Below, piece after piece: positions 37,400 to 48,995 of a stretch of DNA of 62,822 nucleotides. A model generated the notes under the pieces. The model ran no database searches. It saw only the letters and a list, made by a program, of their open reading frames with translations, and had not been told where the DNA came from. This DNA comes from an uncultured Planctomycetia bacterium. Its GTDB lineage: Bacteria > Omnitrophota > Gorgyraeia > Duberdicusellales > 4484-171. The stretch spans positions 1 to 62,822 of the forward strand of contig CAZWON010000007.1 in NCBI GenBank assembly GCA_964635565.1, in the 5' to 3' direction. Each line of letters starts with the position of its first letter. Within the stretch, counting starts at the first letter, position 1. A program made the position numbers and the translations under genes.

Positions 37400-39064
37400 A
37401 TGAGAAGAAAGGTAATTCTTATAGGTGTTTTTTTGATATTTTCTTTCTCCTCACAAGCAGAGGAGATAGTAAAAAGTTTTGTTAAAAAAGTTGTGCTTTT
37501 TTCTCACCAGGCACAAGTTACCCGCCAGGCCTTGGTTAAGGTCAAGAAAGGGGTGAATGAAATTTTTCTTGAAAGTACGGCGTTTAACGTAGACGAAAGT
37601 TCGCTTACGGCAGAAGTCGAAGGGAAAGGAGAAATACTGGGCGTTCAGTTTACAACAGTGCCTTTGAAAGAGTTTTCTCAGGAGAATATAAAAGATATAG
37701 AAGAAAGGATTAAAAATTTAGAGAGAGAAAAAAAGAGTCTCTACAATAACATAGAGGTTTTGGATAATAAAAAGCAATTTCTAAATTCTCTTATCAACTT
37801 CTCCGATTCACAACTCTCTAAAGAGATTGTTACTAATTTCCCCAAAACAGAAGATTTAAGAAATATGCTGCAGTTTCTTGGCTATTCTTATGGAGAAATA
37901 AATACAAAGAAAGAGTCATTAGAAGAGAAGATAGAGGATTTATATAAAGATATTGAAGTCTTACGCCAAAAGTTAGCATCTCTTACAGAAAGTAAGACAA
38001 AGATAAAGAGGGTTATAGAAGTTCTATTCGCTTCCCAAAGAGAGCAGCAGATAAATATTGAAGTATCCTATGTTGTAAGAAGAGCGTGGTGGAAACCTCT
38101 TTACAAAATTAATGTTTTGCCCAAGAAAGATATAAATCTGGTTATGTTTGCTCGTATTTACCAGAAGACAGGGGAAAGTTGGGATAATGTAGAGTTAACT
38201 GTGTCGAATGTTGTACCTTTTAAAGGACAGAAGTTACCTAAACCTCAAAGTAGATATTTATATTTAAGGCTGCAATTTGGACGTTTTGACAAAATTGCTG
38301 CTGAAGGAGGCAAGGGGTTTTGGACAAAATCGTTACAGTTTGACAGTGCCGCCAATGCACCTATGGCAGGAAAAATTGAACGTAAGATTGCTTCAGAGAA
38401 GGCTTCTTTTGCCTCATCAGTAAGAAGGAGGCTTTCTTTCTCTTTTGAATATACTTTACCTCATAAAGTTACCATAAAATCAAAGGATAGAGGGTCTATA
38501 TATCCTATTTTTTCTAAGAAAATTAAAGGCGAAGTCTACCATTATGCTGTCCCTTCAGATATTCCCTATGCTTTTTTAGTATGCAAAGCAAGTTCTGACA
38601 GCGAACTTCTTGCAGGCGTTTTACAAATTTATCATGAAGGAAGGTATGTAGGCAAGGCAGTGCTTGAGGAGAAAAAGAGCGCAGAGGACTTTCTGGTTAA
38701 TTTAGGGATAGATAGAGAGGTGAAGGTTAAAAGAGAAAAAATTAAAGATAAAAAAGAAGAGATGTTTTTCGGAAAAATTGAAAGGCAAAACATCGTAAGA
38801 AAGTTAACATATAAAATAACAATAGAGAATGTCAAGGAAGAAAAAGTTAATGTTCATATTCTTGATGCTATTCCCGTTTCAAAGACCGATAAGATAAAAA
38901 TAAAAGATGTAAGAATAACGCCACAACCGAAAGTAAAAGATTACAGGGATAAAAAAGGAGTAGTGCTTTGGGAATTAGAGCTTAACCCCAAAGAAAAGAA
39001 AGAGATAGCAGTAAGTTACACTGTTGTTTATCCCAAAAATGCTCCTATTTATGGATTGGATTAG
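37400..39064 (+). CDS. DUF4139/DUF4140 (MuiA-family) exported protein
   Basis: Signal peptide, VVLFSHQAQVTR, QKTGESW, coiled coil. Confidence 0.88.
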   Translation: MRRKVILIGVFLIFSFSSQAEEIVKSFVKKVVLFSHQAQVTRQALVKVKKGVNEIFLESTAFNVDESSLTAEVEGKGEILGVQFTTVPLKEFSQENIKDIEERIKNLEREKKSLYNNIEVLDNKKQFLNSLINFSDSQLSKEIVTNFPKTEDLRNMLQFLGYSYGEINTKKESLEEKIEDLYKDIEVLRQKLASLTESKTKIKRVIEVLFASQREQQINIEVSYVVRRAWWKPLYKINVLPKKDINLVMFARIYQKTGESWDNVELTVSNVVPFKGQKLPKPQSRYLYLRLQFGRFDKIAAEGGKGFWTKSLQFDSAANAPMAGKIERKIASEKASFASSVRRRLSFSFEYTLPHKVTIKSKDRGSIYPIFSKKIKGEVYHYAVPSDIPYAFLVCKASSDSELLAGVLQIYHEGRYVGKAVLEEKKSAEDFLVNLGIDREVKVKREKIKDKKEEMFFGKIERQNIVRKLTYKITIENVKEEKVNVHILDAIPVSKTDKIKIKDVRITPQPKVKDYRDKKGVVLWELELNPKEKKEIAVSYTVVYPKNAPIYGLD

Positions 39065-39069
39065 TTTTT

Positions 39070-40026
39070 ATGAAAAGAATAGCTGTTCTTACTAGAGATT
39101 GTGCTGGTATAAATGCCTGTGTCCGTTCTATAGTTCGCAGTGCTTGTTTATATAATATAGACGTTGTAGGTGTATATAGAGGCTACGAAGGTTTAATTGA
39201 GGGTGATTTGATTAGTTTAGATAGGCGTTCTGTGTCGGGAATAATAAATTTAGGAGGCACAATCCTTAAGAGTGCTCGTTGCCATCGCTTTTATGCTCAA
39301 GAAGGACAAAAAGAAGCAGTGATTGCTCTTAAGAAGAACAGAATTGATGGACTAATTGTTATTGGTGGTAATGGTTCTCTGACAGGAGCTCACATTTTAA
39401 GCAGAGAATATGGGATAAGGGTAATAGGAATTCCTGCTACGATTGATAATGATGTGAATGGTGTAGATATAAGTATTGGCGTAGACACTGCTTTAAATGT
39501 GGCTTTAGATGCTCTGGATAAGATAAGAGATACTGCTATGAGTTTAGAAAGGATATTTGTAGTGGAGGTGATGGGGAGAGAATGCGGTTATCTTGCTCTT
39601 AATGTTGCGTTAGCAGGAGGATGTGAGGAGGTATTACTGCCAGAAAAAGATTTTAATATTGGAACAATGTGTAAAGAAATCAAAGAGGGAAGTGTTAAGG
39701 GAAAGGTAAGTTGGATTATTATTGTTGCTGAAGGGAAAGCTTCTGCCGATGATATTGCTTCTCTTATTAGAGAAAAAACTAAATTAGATACAAGAATAGT
39801 TGTGCTGGGGCATATTCAAAGAGGAGGTAGACCTACTGCTTTTGATCGTATTACTGCAGCCAGATTGGGTAAATATGCTTTAGAGTGTATATTAAATGGC
39901 GAGACAGATAAATGTGTAGGAATAAAGAACGGTAGACTTATTACTGTTTCTCTGGAAACCGCTATTAAGCCTAAGAAATTAGAAAAATTAGAGGAATATT
40001 ACAAGCTTATAAAAATCCTTACATAA
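39070..40026 (+). CDS. pfkA: 6-phosphofructokinase
   Basis: GGTIL, IGGNGS, PATIDND, EVMGR, LGHIQRGG. Confidence 0.94.
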   Translation: MKRIAVLTRDCAGINACVRSIVRSACLYNIDVVGVYRGYEGLIEGDLISLDRRSVSGIINLGGTILKSARCHRFYAQEGQKEAVIALKKNRIDGLIVIGGNGSLTGAHILSREYGIRVIGIPATIDNDVNGVDISIGVDTALNVALDALDKIRDTAMSLERIFVVEVMGRECGYLALNVALAGGCEEVLLPEKDFNIGTMCKEIKEGSVKGKVSWIIIVAEGKASADDIASLIREKTKLDTRIVVLGHIQRGGRPTAFDRITAARLGKYALECILNGETDKCVGIKNGRLITVSLETAIKPKKLEKLEEYYKLIKILT

Positions 40027-40098
40027 TTTAAAAAATGTTGTATAATATATCACTTATTATTTTACTATTCTTGTAAAATAAATAAATTTAAGGAGGAT

Positions 40099-41505
40099 GT
40101 GATGATTTATCGTGATGAAGAAGAGCTATTCAACAATAATATTATTGGATTAAAAGATGATAAAATTGTATTTAAGAATATCGATCTTTTTAAAGAAAAA
40201 ATGGTGGACAATTTAGTAGATACTATAATTCTTAGTAATTCTTTTTATATTAAAAAGTTATGTTATTGGTTAACTTACGAGGCGGCAATCCAGTTTGGTA
40301 TAGTTCCTTCTTCTATTCACGCTCTTTATATCGGAAGGGCAAAGGAAGGTTTAACTCATTTTACTGTTCCAGCAATGAATTTACGCACGCTTACTTATGA
40401 TTTAGGACGGGCGGTATTTCGTGTAGCGAATAGAATTAATGCAGGAGCGTTTATCTTTGAGATTGCTAAAAGTGAAATAGGTTATACTTCTCAGAGACCT
40501 TTAGAATACGCATCGTGTGTGTTTCTTGCAGCGATAAAGGAAAATTATAAAGGTCCTGTATTTATTCAGGGGGATCATTTTCAGGTAAAAGCAAAGAATT
40601 TTTTATCCTCTAAAGAAGAGGAGATAAACCAGTTAAAAGATTTAATTAAAGAAGCAATAGAGGCAGGATTTTATAATATTGACATTGATTCCTCAACCTT
40701 AGTAGATTTATCCAAACCGACAATTGATGAACAGCAGAGATTGAATTATGAGGTGTGCGCTTTTTTTACTAAATTTATAAGAGAACTACAGCCACATAAA
40801 ATTGAAATTTCTATTGGGGGAGAAATTGGAGAGGTGGGAGGAAAAAATTCTACCCCAGAAGAACTACGTTCTTTTATGAAAGGATACCTTTCCCAGATTA
40901 ATGGTTTAAAAGGGATTTCTAAAATAAGTATTCAGACAGGAACAACCCATGGTGGCGTTGTCCTTCCTGATGGTTCCATTGCTAAAGTAAAGATAGATTT
41001 TGAAACTTTAAAGAACCTTTCTGAGATAGCACGTAAAGAGTTTGGTATGGCAGGAGCAGTTCAGCATGGCGCCTCTACTTTACCTAATGATGCTTTTCAT
41101 CATTTTCCTGAAGTAGGATGTTGTGAGATTCATTTGGCCACGCAGTTTCAGAATATCGTATATGATTATCTTCCTTTACCCTTAAAAGAGAAAATTTATG
41201 CGTGGCTTCATGAGAATTGTGCTGACGAAAAGAAACCAGACCAGACCGATGACCAATTTATCTATAAGACCCGCAAAAAAGCATTAGGTCCTTTTAAAAG
41301 AGAAATTTATTCTTTGCCACGTGATTTAAAAAATAAAATTTCTTCTGTTTTAGAGGAAGAGTTTGCTTTTCTTTTTGATAAGCTAAACATAAAAGATACA
41401 AAAGAAGTGGTAAATAAGTATATTAGACCTGTGGTGGTAGAAAAGAAAAAAAAGGATTTTATAAAAGAAAGAAAAGATTTGGGGAGACTCGAAGGGGCAG
41501 ATTAA
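40099..41505 (+). CDS. Class II fructose-bisphosphate aldolase family, long form
   Basis: QGDH, GEIGEVG, GTTHGG, QHGAS; adjacent to pfkA. Confidence 0.85.
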   Translation: MMIYRDEEELFNNNIIGLKDDKIVFKNIDLFKEKMVDNLVDTIILSNSFYIKKLCYWLTYEAAIQFGIVPSSIHALYIGRAKEGLTHFTVPAMNLRTLTYDLGRAVFRVANRINAGAFIFEIAKSEIGYTSQRPLEYASCVFLAAIKENYKGPVFIQGDHFQVKAKNFLSSKEEEINQLKDLIKEAIEAGFYNIDIDSSTLVDLSKPTIDEQQRLNYEVCAFFTKFIRELQPHKIEISIGGEIGEVGGKNSTPEELRSFMKGYLSQINGLKGISKISIQTGTTHGGVVLPDGSIAKVKIDFETLKNLSEIARKEFGMAGAVQHGASTLPNDAFHHFPEVGCCEIHLATQFQNIVYDYLPLPLKEKIYAWLHENCADEKKPDQTDDQFIYKTRKKALGPFKREIYSLPRDLKNKISSVLEEEFAFLFDKLNIKDTKEVVNKYIRPVVVEKKKKDFIKERKDLGRLEGAD

Positions 41506-41561
41506 TTTAATCTCTATTGTTTTTAGGCAGATAATTACTTAAGTTCAAGAAGGGAGGAAGA

Positions 41562-43217
41562 ATGCGTTCAGATAAAATTAAGAGAAGCATAGAAAGAATG
41601 CCCAATCGCGCTCTTCTCTATGGTACAGGAATCTCTTTTTCTCATATGAAAAGACCTTTTGTTGGTATTGCCTCTTCTTTTACTGATCTTATTCCTGGCC
41701 ATACTAATATGCGAATATTGGAGCGTTATATTGAAAGAGGTGTAGAAAATTCTGGAGGTACACCTTTTATATTTGGTGTTCCTGGGATTTGTGATGGGAT
41801 AGCAATGGGACACTCTGGTATGAAGCAATCTTTACCTTCAAGAGAACTGATTGCTGATATTATTGAAAGTATTGCTTCTGCTCATGCTTTTGATGGATTA
41901 GTACTTCTTACTAATTGTGATAAAATTACCCCCGGAATGATTATGGGGGCTTTAAGAATAAATGTACCTACGATTGTGGTCACTGCAGGGCCTATGCTTG
42001 CAGGTCATAGAGGCAGAAGAAGACTTTCTTTGGTAAGAGATACATTTGAAGCAGTAGGAAGGTTTAAGGCAGGATTGATGACAGAAGAAGAAAGGTCATT
42101 TCTTGAGATAGAAGCTTGTCCTTCTTGTGGTTCCTGCCAGGGGCTTTATACTGCTAATACTATGGCGTGTTTAACAGAAGCAATGGGTTTATCTTTGCCT
42201 TATTGCGCAGCAACGCCTGCTGTTTTAGCACGCAAACAGAGAATTGCTTATGAAAGTGGCCAACGAATTGTAAAATTAATAGAAAAAAATATTGCTCCAA
42301 GAAATATTGTGAACAAAAAGGCTTTAAGGAATGCTATAAGAGTAGATATGGCTTTAGGAGGCTCCACTAATACTGTTCTTCATCTTATGGCTATAGCTCA
42401 CGAAGCAGGTGTAGATATTACTCTTAAAGATTTTGATCGTATAAGCAAGTTGACTTTTCATATTTCTAATCTTAGACCTGCAGGAGATTACTTTATGGAG
42501 GATTTAGATATTGCTGGAGGAATACCAGCTGTTTTAAAAAGATTAATAGATGATATAGAGGATAACGATACTGTCTCAGGAAGAAAGGTAAAGGCTATCG
42601 CTAAGGAAGCAGAGGTATTAGATGAGGATGTGATAAGACCAAAAAATAGGCCCTATCATAAACAAGGAGGGATAGCTATTCTCTATGGTAATTTAGCAGA
42701 AGAGGGATGTGTAGTTAAACAGTCTGCAGTGGATGAGGATATGCTGAAATTTACAGGATGGGCACGAGTGTTTGATTCTGAAGAAGAAGCAATGAGAGCA
42801 ATTCTTAAAGGAAGAGTGAAAAAGGGAGATGTTGTGGTAATAAGATATGAGGGGCCACGTGGAGGGCCAGGAATGAGAGAGATGCTTTCTCCTACGTCAG
42901 CGATTGTAGGTATGGGATTGCATAAACAGGTTGCTCTTATTACTGATGGAAGATTTTCTGGAGGCACGCGTGGGCCTTGTATTGGTCATATTTCTCCTGA
43001 GGCAAAAGAAGGAGGGCTAATTGCTTATTTAAAGGATGGTGATAAAATTCTTCTTGATATTCCAAAAAGGAAGATAGAAGCAGTGATTTCAAAAGAGGAG
43101 ATTTCCCGGAGAAAAAAGAAAATAAAATTGCTTCCTCCTAAAGTAAAAAGTGGTTATCTTTATCGTTATTCTCAGATGGTAGGCTCTGCTTCAAAGGGAG
43201 CAGTATTTAAAGGCTAA
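41562..43217 (+). CDS. ilvD: Dihydroxy-acid dehydratase
   Basis: [28 protein letters not shown]. Confidence 0.97.
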   Translation: MRSDKIKRSIERMPNRALLYGTGISFSHMKRPFVGIASSFTDLIPGHTNMRILERYIERGVENSGGTPFIFGVPGICDGIAMGHSGMKQSLPSRELIADIIESIASAHAFDGLVLLTNCDKITPGMIMGALRINVPTIVVTAGPMLAGHRGRRRLSLVRDTFEAVGRFKAGLMTEEERSFLEIEACPSCGSCQGLYTANTMACLTEAMGLSLPYCAATPAVLARKQRIAYESGQRIVKLIEKNIAPRNIVNKKALRNAIRVDMALGGSTNTVLHLMAIAHEAGVDITLKDFDRISKLTFHISNLRPAGDYFMEDLDIAGGIPAVLKRLIDDIEDNDTVSGRKVKAIAKEAEVLDEDVIRPKNRPYHKQGGIAILYGNLAEEGCVVKQSAVDEDMLKFTGWARVFDSEEEAMRAILKGRVKKGDVVVIRYEGPRGGPGMREMLSPTSAIVGMGLHKQVALITDGRFSGGTRGPCIGHISPEAKEGGLIAYLKDGDKILLDIPKRKIEAVISKEEISRRKKKIKLLPPKVKSGYLYRYSQMVGSASKGAVFKG

Positions 43218-43249
43218 TTTTAACCTTAATTGTGGTAAGATATAAAAAA

Positions 43250-43258
43250 TGGTATAAT
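43250..43258 (+). promoter_or_regulatory. Extended -10 promoter upstream of ilvB
   Basis: TG-G-TATAAT. Confidence 0.55.
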
Positions 43259-43281
43259 TACTTTATTAAGAAGGCGACAAA

Positions 43282-44955
43282 ATGAAAGGTGCAAAGATTT
43301 TTGTAGAAAGCCTTATAAAGGAAAATGTAGAAGTTATTTTTGGTTATCCTGGGGGAGCAGTACTGCCAATTTTTGACTTTCTTTATGATGCCCCTATTAA
43401 ATTTATTCTTACCCGTCATGAGCAAGGAGCTGCTCATGCTGCTGATGGTTATGCGCGTTCTACAGGAAAGGTAGGAGTATGTATTGCTACCAGTGGCCCA
43501 GGTGCTACAAATCTCACTACAGGGATTGCTACTGCTTATATGGATTCTGTTCCTATGGTAGCATTTACAGGTCAGGTAAAGACCTCTTTGATTGGTAATG
43601 ATGCTTTTCAGGAAGCAGATGTCACTGGTATTACCCGTTCTATAACTAAACATAATTATCTTATAAAGGATGTAAAAGAATTAGCCCCTACAATTAAAGA
43701 AGCTTTTTATTTAGCACGCACAGGAAGGCCAGGCCCTGTGTTAGTAGATATTCCTGTGGATGTTCAGCTTCATGATACAGAATTTAACTATCCTTATGAT
43801 ATTTCTTTGCGGAGTTACCGACCCACTTATTTTGGCCATCGCGGTCAGATTAAAAAAGCACTCAAACTTATTTATTCCGCAAAACGGCCAGTAATTATTG
43901 CAGGAGGAGGGGTGATTATTTCAGAGGGGGCGAGAGAACTTTTTCAATTTGCTGAAAGATTTAGTATTCCTGTAGCTACAACATTAATGGGTTTAGGAGC
44001 ATTTCCTTCTACTCACCCTCTTTATTTAGGTATGCCCGGTATGCACGGGACAGTATATGCCAATATGGCTATTACAGAAAGTGATTTACTCATATCTGTG
44101 GGTTGTAGATTTGATGATCGTGTTACGGGAAGAGTGGATGCGTTTGCACCTCAAGCAAAAATAATTCACATTGATATTGACCCTACTTCTATCAGCAAGA
44201 ATATAAAAGTAGATATTCCTATAGTAGGTGATGCTAAAAATATTTTAGGACAGCTTTTGGAAGAGATTGATAGAAAAAAAATTCTTAATATAAGCAGTTG
44301 GCTTAAGAGAATAAAGGAGTTCAAGAAAAAACACCCTTTAAAATATAAAAAGGGTGTGGGGGGGATAAAACCTCAGTATGTAGTGGAAGAATTGTATCTT
44401 CAAACAAAAGGAAGAGCAATTGTTGCTACAGAGGTGGGTCAAAATCAAATGTGGGCAGCTCAATTTTATAAAATAGATTCTCCCCGGCATTTTTTATCGA
44501 GTGGAGGGTTAGGAACAATGGGTTATGGTTTTCCTGCTTCTATTGGTGCGAAAGTAGGTAATCCTACTGCTGTTGTTTTAGATATTGCAGGCGATGGTTC
44601 CATTCAGATGAATATACAAGAGCTGGCAACAATAAGTACTTATGATATTGGCGTAAAGATTATTATTTTAAATAACAGTTATTTAGGGATGGTTCGTCAG
44701 TGGCAGGAGTTATTTTATAACCGTAGATATTCTGCCACTTCATTAAAAAATCCTGATTTTGTAAAGATTGCCCAAGGGTATAAGGTTAAAGGAATGAGGA
44801 TAAAAAAAGCAAATGAAGTTAAAAAAGCAGTTAAAGAATTACTTTCATATAAAGGGCCTGTTCTTGCTGATTTTTGGGTAGAAGAGGAGGAAAATGTATT
44901 TCCTATGGTACCTGCAGGAGAAGCAATCAATCGTATGATAGGAGGAATGGCATAG
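43282..44955 (+). CDS. ilvB: Acetolactate synthase large subunit
   Basis: [26 protein letters not shown] motif. Confidence 0.97.
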   Translation: MKGAKIFVESLIKENVEVIFGYPGGAVLPIFDFLYDAPIKFILTRHEQGAAHAADGYARSTGKVGVCIATSGPGATNLTTGIATAYMDSVPMVAFTGQVKTSLIGNDAFQEADVTGITRSITKHNYLIKDVKELAPTIKEAFYLARTGRPGPVLVDIPVDVQLHDTEFNYPYDISLRSYRPTYFGHRGQIKKALKLIYSAKRPVIIAGGGVIISEGARELFQFAERFSIPVATTLMGLGAFPSTHPLYLGMPGMHGTVYANMAITESDLLISVGCRFDDRVTGRVDAFAPQAKIIHIDIDPTSISKNIKVDIPIVGDAKNILGQLLEEIDRKKILNISSWLKRIKEFKKKHPLKYKKGVGGIKPQYVVEELYLQTKGRAIVATEVGQNQMWAAQFYKIDSPRHFLSSGGLGTMGYGFPASIGAKVGNPTAVVLDIAGDGSIQMNIQELATISTYDIGVKIIILNNSYLGMVRQWQELFYNRRYSATSLKNPDFVKIAQGYKVKGMRIKKANEVKKAVKELLSYKGPVLADFWVEEEENVFPMVPAGEAINRMIGGMA

Positions 44956-44965
44956 AAGTTAGGTT

Positions 44966-45439
44966 ATGAAACATACAATTCAAGTCTTAGTAGAGAATAA
45001 ATTTGGAGTATTGGCAAGGATTGCCTCTTTATTTAGTGCACGAGGGTACAATATTGATTCCTTGGCAGTAGGAGAAACTCAAGACCCTACAATTTCCTGT
45101 ATGACTATTGTTGTTAATGCCGAAGATGAGCGTGTTTTAGAACAGATAAAGAAACAACTCCATAAACTCATTGATGTTATTACTGTTGTTGATTTGACTC
45201 GCAAAGATTATATTGATAGAGAGCTTATTCTTCTTAAGATATATAATAAAAAACCAGCAAAAGATATGGTTGAAGAACTGGTTAAAAATTATCCTGTAGA
45301 GATATTAGATAAGAATGAGGAGTATTTTATCTTGCAGGTTTGTGCTGAGCATAATGATTTAGAGAATATCTTTAAAGAGATAAAAAAGATAGGAATAAAA
45401 GAGTTGATAAGAACAGGGAAAATAGCTATAGCGAAATAA
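44966..45439 (+). CDS. ilvN: Acetolactate synthase small subunit
   Basis: LVENKFGVLARI, RGYNIDSL ACT domain. Confidence 0.93.
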   Translation: MKHTIQVLVENKFGVLARIASLFSARGYNIDSLAVGETQDPTISCMTIVVNAEDERVLEQIKKQLHKLIDVITVVDLTRKDYIDRELILLKIYNKKPAKDMVEELVKNYPVEILDKNEEYFILQVCAEHNDLENIFKEIKKIGIKELIRTGKIAIAK

Positions 45440-45487
45440 TTTATAGTATTTTAAAAAATTCTTTAGAAGAGATAGGAGGAGGTAAAA

Positions 45488-46477
45488 GTGGCAAAAGTTT
45501 ATTATGATAAAGGGGTAAGTTTGGATATTTTAAAGAAAAAAACAATAGCAATTATTGGCTATGGTGCACAGGGAAGGGCCCATGCTCTTAATTTGAGAGA
45601 TTCTAAAATCAAAGTAATTGTAGCAGAACTAAAGGATACAGTTAATTATAAACAGGCCAAGAAAGACGGTTTTAATCCTGTGGATGCAAAGGAAGCGTCA
45701 GAGAAAGCAGATATTATCCATATTCTTACTCAGGATACAATCCAACCCTTGGTTTATGAAAAATTTATTTTACCTTGTTTAAAAAAAGGGAAAGCTCTTG
45801 GTTTTTCTCATGGGTTTAATATCCATTTTAATCAGATAATTCCTCCTTCTTTTGTTGATGTATATATGGTTGCGCCTAAAGGGCCGGGAACTTTAGTAAG
45901 AGAAATGTATCTTCAAAAGAAAGGTGTGCCCTGTTTGGTAGCAGTATATCAAGACGCTAGCAAAAATGCTAAGAAAATTGCTTTAGCTTATGCGAAGGCT
46001 TTAGGAGGAACTCGTGCAGGAGTGATTGAAACTACTTTTAGAGAAGAAACAGAGACAGATCTTTTTGGAGAACAGGTTGTTCTTTGTGGAGGAGTCACTA
46101 AACTTATTCAGAGAAGTTTTGAAACTCTTGTGGAGGCAGGATATCAACCCGAAATTGCTTATTTTGAGTGTTGTCATGAACTTAAGCTTATTACTGACTT
46201 AATTTATTCTAAAGGTATAAAAGGTATGCGGCATGTAGTTAGCGATACTGCAGAGTATGGCGATTTAACAAGAGGGAAAAGAATAATTACTGAGGGAACA
46301 AAGAAGGAAATGAAAAAAATTCTTGCTGAAATTCAGTCTGGTGAATTTGCCCGTGAGTGGATTTTAGAAAACAAAACTAATTGTGTAGTGTTTAATGCTC
46401 TTCGTAAGCAGGAAAAAGAGCATATTATTGAGAAAATAGGAGAAAAACTGCGTAAGATGATGCCGTGGATTAGATAG
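45488..46477 (+). CDS. ilvC: Ketol-acid reductoisomerase
   Basis: IGYGAQG, APKGPG, DLFGEQ, SDTAEYG. Confidence 0.97.
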   Translation: MAKVYYDKGVSLDILKKKTIAIIGYGAQGRAHALNLRDSKIKVIVAELKDTVNYKQAKKDGFNPVDAKEASEKADIIHILTQDTIQPLVYEKFILPCLKKGKALGFSHGFNIHFNQIIPPSFVDVYMVAPKGPGTLVREMYLQKKGVPCLVAVYQDASKNAKKIALAYAKALGGTRAGVIETTFREETETDLFGEQVVLCGGVTKLIQRSFETLVEAGYQPEIAYFECCHELKLITDLIYSKGIKGMRHVVSDTAEYGDLTRGKRIITEGTKKEMKKILAEIQSGEFAREWILENKTNCVVFNALRKQEKEHIIEKIGEKLRKMMPWIR

Positions 46478-46521
46478 CAAGTAGTGATAGCGTATAGAGA
46501 ATAGAATTGTGGATATAAAAT
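46474..46521 (+). repeat. Degenerate ATAGNNN heptamer array between ilvC and leuA
   Basis: ATAGCAA GTAGTG ATAGCGT ATAGAGA ATAGAAT TGTGGAT ATAAAAT. Confidence 0.6.
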
Positions 46522-46522
46522 A

Positions 46523-48025
46523 ATGAAGGAGAAAATAATAATTTTTGATACGACTTTAAGAGATGGAGAGCAAGCTCCAGGAGCATCATTGACGAGCGAG
46601 GAAAAATTAGAGGTCGCTTATCAGTTAGAAAAACTTGGTGTAGATATTATTGAAGCAGGGTTTCCTATTGCCAGCAGTGACGACTTTAAGGCAGTAAGTT
46701 TAGTTGCTCGCCACATTAAAAAGAGTATTATTTGTGGATTAGCACGCTGTTTGAAAAAAGATATAGAGGCAGCACATAATGCTTTGATTAAAGCCAAACA
46801 TCCGCGTATTCATATTTTCTTGGCTACTTCACGGATACACCTTAAATATAAATTTAAGAAGGTAGAAGAGGAAATAATTGATATCGGCAGAAGAGCAACT
46901 AAATTGGCACATCGGGTGTGTAGTGATATTGAATTTTCTCCCGAAGATGCTACTCGTACAGAGAAAGAATTTCTTTTTAAGATTATTGAAATGGCGATTA
47001 AAGAGGGGGCAAAAACAATTAATATTCCTGATACTGTAGGGTATACTTATCCTTATGAGTTTTTTTCTCTTATTAAAGATATTTATAATAATGTTCCTAA
47101 TATAAATAAGGCAGTTATTTCTGTCCATTGCCATGATGATTTAGGAATGGCGGTGGCAAATTCTCTTTCGGCACTTACTGCAGGGGTTCGACAGATACAT
47201 TGTACTGTAAATGGGATAGGAGAACGGGCGGGAAATGCCTCATTAGAAGAAATTGTTATGGCCATAAAGACGCGCAAGGATGCTTTTAAAGGTTTCTATA
47301 CAGGTATTAATACGAGAGAAATATATCGTACTTCGCGTTTGGTCAGTAAATTAACGGGTTTTGTTGTACCTCCCAATAAGGCTGTTATAGGAGAAAATGC
47401 TTTTCGTCATGAATCGGGCATCCATCAAGATGCTATTTTAAAAAAACGTACTACCTATGAGATAATGAATCCCAAAGATATAGGAATAGAAAAAAGTGAG
47501 CTTGTTTTGGGCAAACACTCTGGTCGCCATGCTTTAAGCAGACGACTTAAGGATTTGGGATTTAAGTTAAATGAGAAAAAGATAAATGCTATTTTCAAAA
47601 AATTTAAGGAACTTGCGGACAAAAAGAAAAAAATTTTTGATGGTGATTTAATTGCTTTAGTTGAAGAGGAAAGTCGTAAGAAGAAAAGAAATCTTGAGAT
47701 GGTAGGTGTGCGGGTTACTACAGGCACAGATATCGTTCCTCAAGCCACTGTAAAAATTAGATACAAGAATAAGATATTTGAATCCCGTTCTTCAGGAGAT
47801 GGGCCTGTTGATGCTTGTTATAAAGCTATTGACAAAGTTATTGGCAAACGTCCTAAACTTTTGAGTTATAAATTAGAAGCCATCACTAAAGGTAAAGATG
47901 CTCAAGGGCTGGTGAATGTAGAAATAAAACTTACAGGAAGGATTTCTTCAGGAAGAGGAGCAAGTACAGATATTTTAGAAGCATCCACCAAGGCATATTT
48001 AGATGCTTTAAACAAGATTCTTTAA
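46523..48025 (+). CDS. leuA: 2-isopropylmalate synthase
   Basis: DTTLRDGEQ, HCHDDLG, NGIGERAGN, HESGIHQD. Confidence 0.95.
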   Translation: MKEKIIIFDTTLRDGEQAPGASLTSEEKLEVAYQLEKLGVDIIEAGFPIASSDDFKAVSLVARHIKKSIICGLARCLKKDIEAAHNALIKAKHPRIHIFLATSRIHLKYKFKKVEEEIIDIGRRATKLAHRVCSDIEFSPEDATRTEKEFLFKIIEMAIKEGAKTINIPDTVGYTYPYEFFSLIKDIYNNVPNINKAVISVHCHDDLGMAVANSLSALTAGVRQIHCTVNGIGERAGNASLEEIVMAIKTRKDAFKGFYTGINTREIYRTSRLVSKLTGFVVPPNKAVIGENAFRHESGIHQDAILKKRTTYEIMNPKDIGIEKSELVLGKHSGRHALSRRLKDLGFKLNEKKINAIFKKFKELADKKKKIFDGDLIALVEEESRKKKRNLEMVGVRVTTGTDIVPQATVKIRYKNKIFESRSSGDGPVDACYKAIDKVIGKRPKLLSYKLEAITKGKDAQGLVNVEIKLTGRISSGRGASTDILEASTKAYLDALNKIL

Positions 48026-48074
48026 AGAGTAATATGAATTCTATATATCCTTCCGCATAAAAGAACATTGTAAA

Positions 48075-48995
48075 ATGGGAAAAGTATATGGTTTGATTGG
48101 TTATCCTGTAAAACATAGTCTTTCAGGGGTAATGCATAATGCTGCTTTTAAATATTTAGGTATGGATGCTGAATACAGAATTTTTGAGATTATTCCTGAG
48201 GAGTTAGAAGATTTTCTACTTGACCCTCAAAAATTAGTAAAAGACCTAAAAGGTAATACTATTCCTGCTAAAGAAATAGTTGGTTTTAATATTACTATTC
48301 CTCATAAAGTTCAAGCCAAAGATATATTAGATAGAAGTGAATTGTTTAAGGGAGAAGATTCTTATTATGTAGAACTTTCTGGTGCAATAAATACAGTAAA
48401 GAGGGTTCCTCCCGGCGGAGTCTACTATAACACTGATGCTTATGGTTTTGAAACTACTTTAAAAAATGACTTACAATTTACTTCTAAGGGAGAAAAGAAT
48501 GCCTTAGTGATTGGTTGTGGAGGGGCGGGAAGAGTTATTGTTGCGGTATTGGTAAAGGGGGGTATAGGTATAAAAAAAATACATATTTACGATAAAAATA
48601 AAGAGGCTGTAGAATATGCAAAAAATCATTTCTTGAAATATTTTCATAAGTACCCTTATATCAAGGAGAAAATAATGTTTGTTTCACAGGAGGATATTCC
48701 TAACCTTATAACTGATTGCCAGCTTTTAGTCAATGCTTCTCCTGTAGGAATGAATAGTAATACTTCCCCTATAGATACAGAACTCTTACATTCTCGTCTC
48801 TATGTGTATGATGTTGTGTATAACAGGAAAACAGCTCTTATTCGAGAAGCAGAAAAAAAGTGTAGAAGTGCTATCGGAGGATTAAATATGCTTTTATATC
48901 AGGGAGGAGCTGCTTTTAAAATATGGACAGAAAAAGAGCCGCCTCTTAATATAATGCAAGAAGCTTTAAAAAAAGAGTTAAAAGATGAGTCTTAG
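48075..48995 (+). CDS. aroE: Shikimate dehydrogenase
   Basis: GYPVKHSLS, NITIPHK, NTD, GCGGAG, MLLYQG. Confidence 0.94.
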   Translation: MGKVYGLIGYPVKHSLSGVMHNAAFKYLGMDAEYRIFEIIPEELEDFLLDPQKLVKDLKGNTIPAKEIVGFNITIPHKVQAKDILDRSELFKGEDSYYVELSGAINTVKRVPPGGVYYNTDAYGFETTLKNDLQFTSKGEKNALVIGCGGAGRVIVAVLVKGGIGIKKIHIYDKNKEAVEYAKNHFLKYFHKYPYIKEKIMFVSQEDIPNLITDCQLLVNASPVGMNSNTSPIDTELLHSRLYVYDVVYNRKTALIREAEKKCRSAIGGLNMLLYQGGAAFKIWTEKEPPLNIMQEALKKELKDES

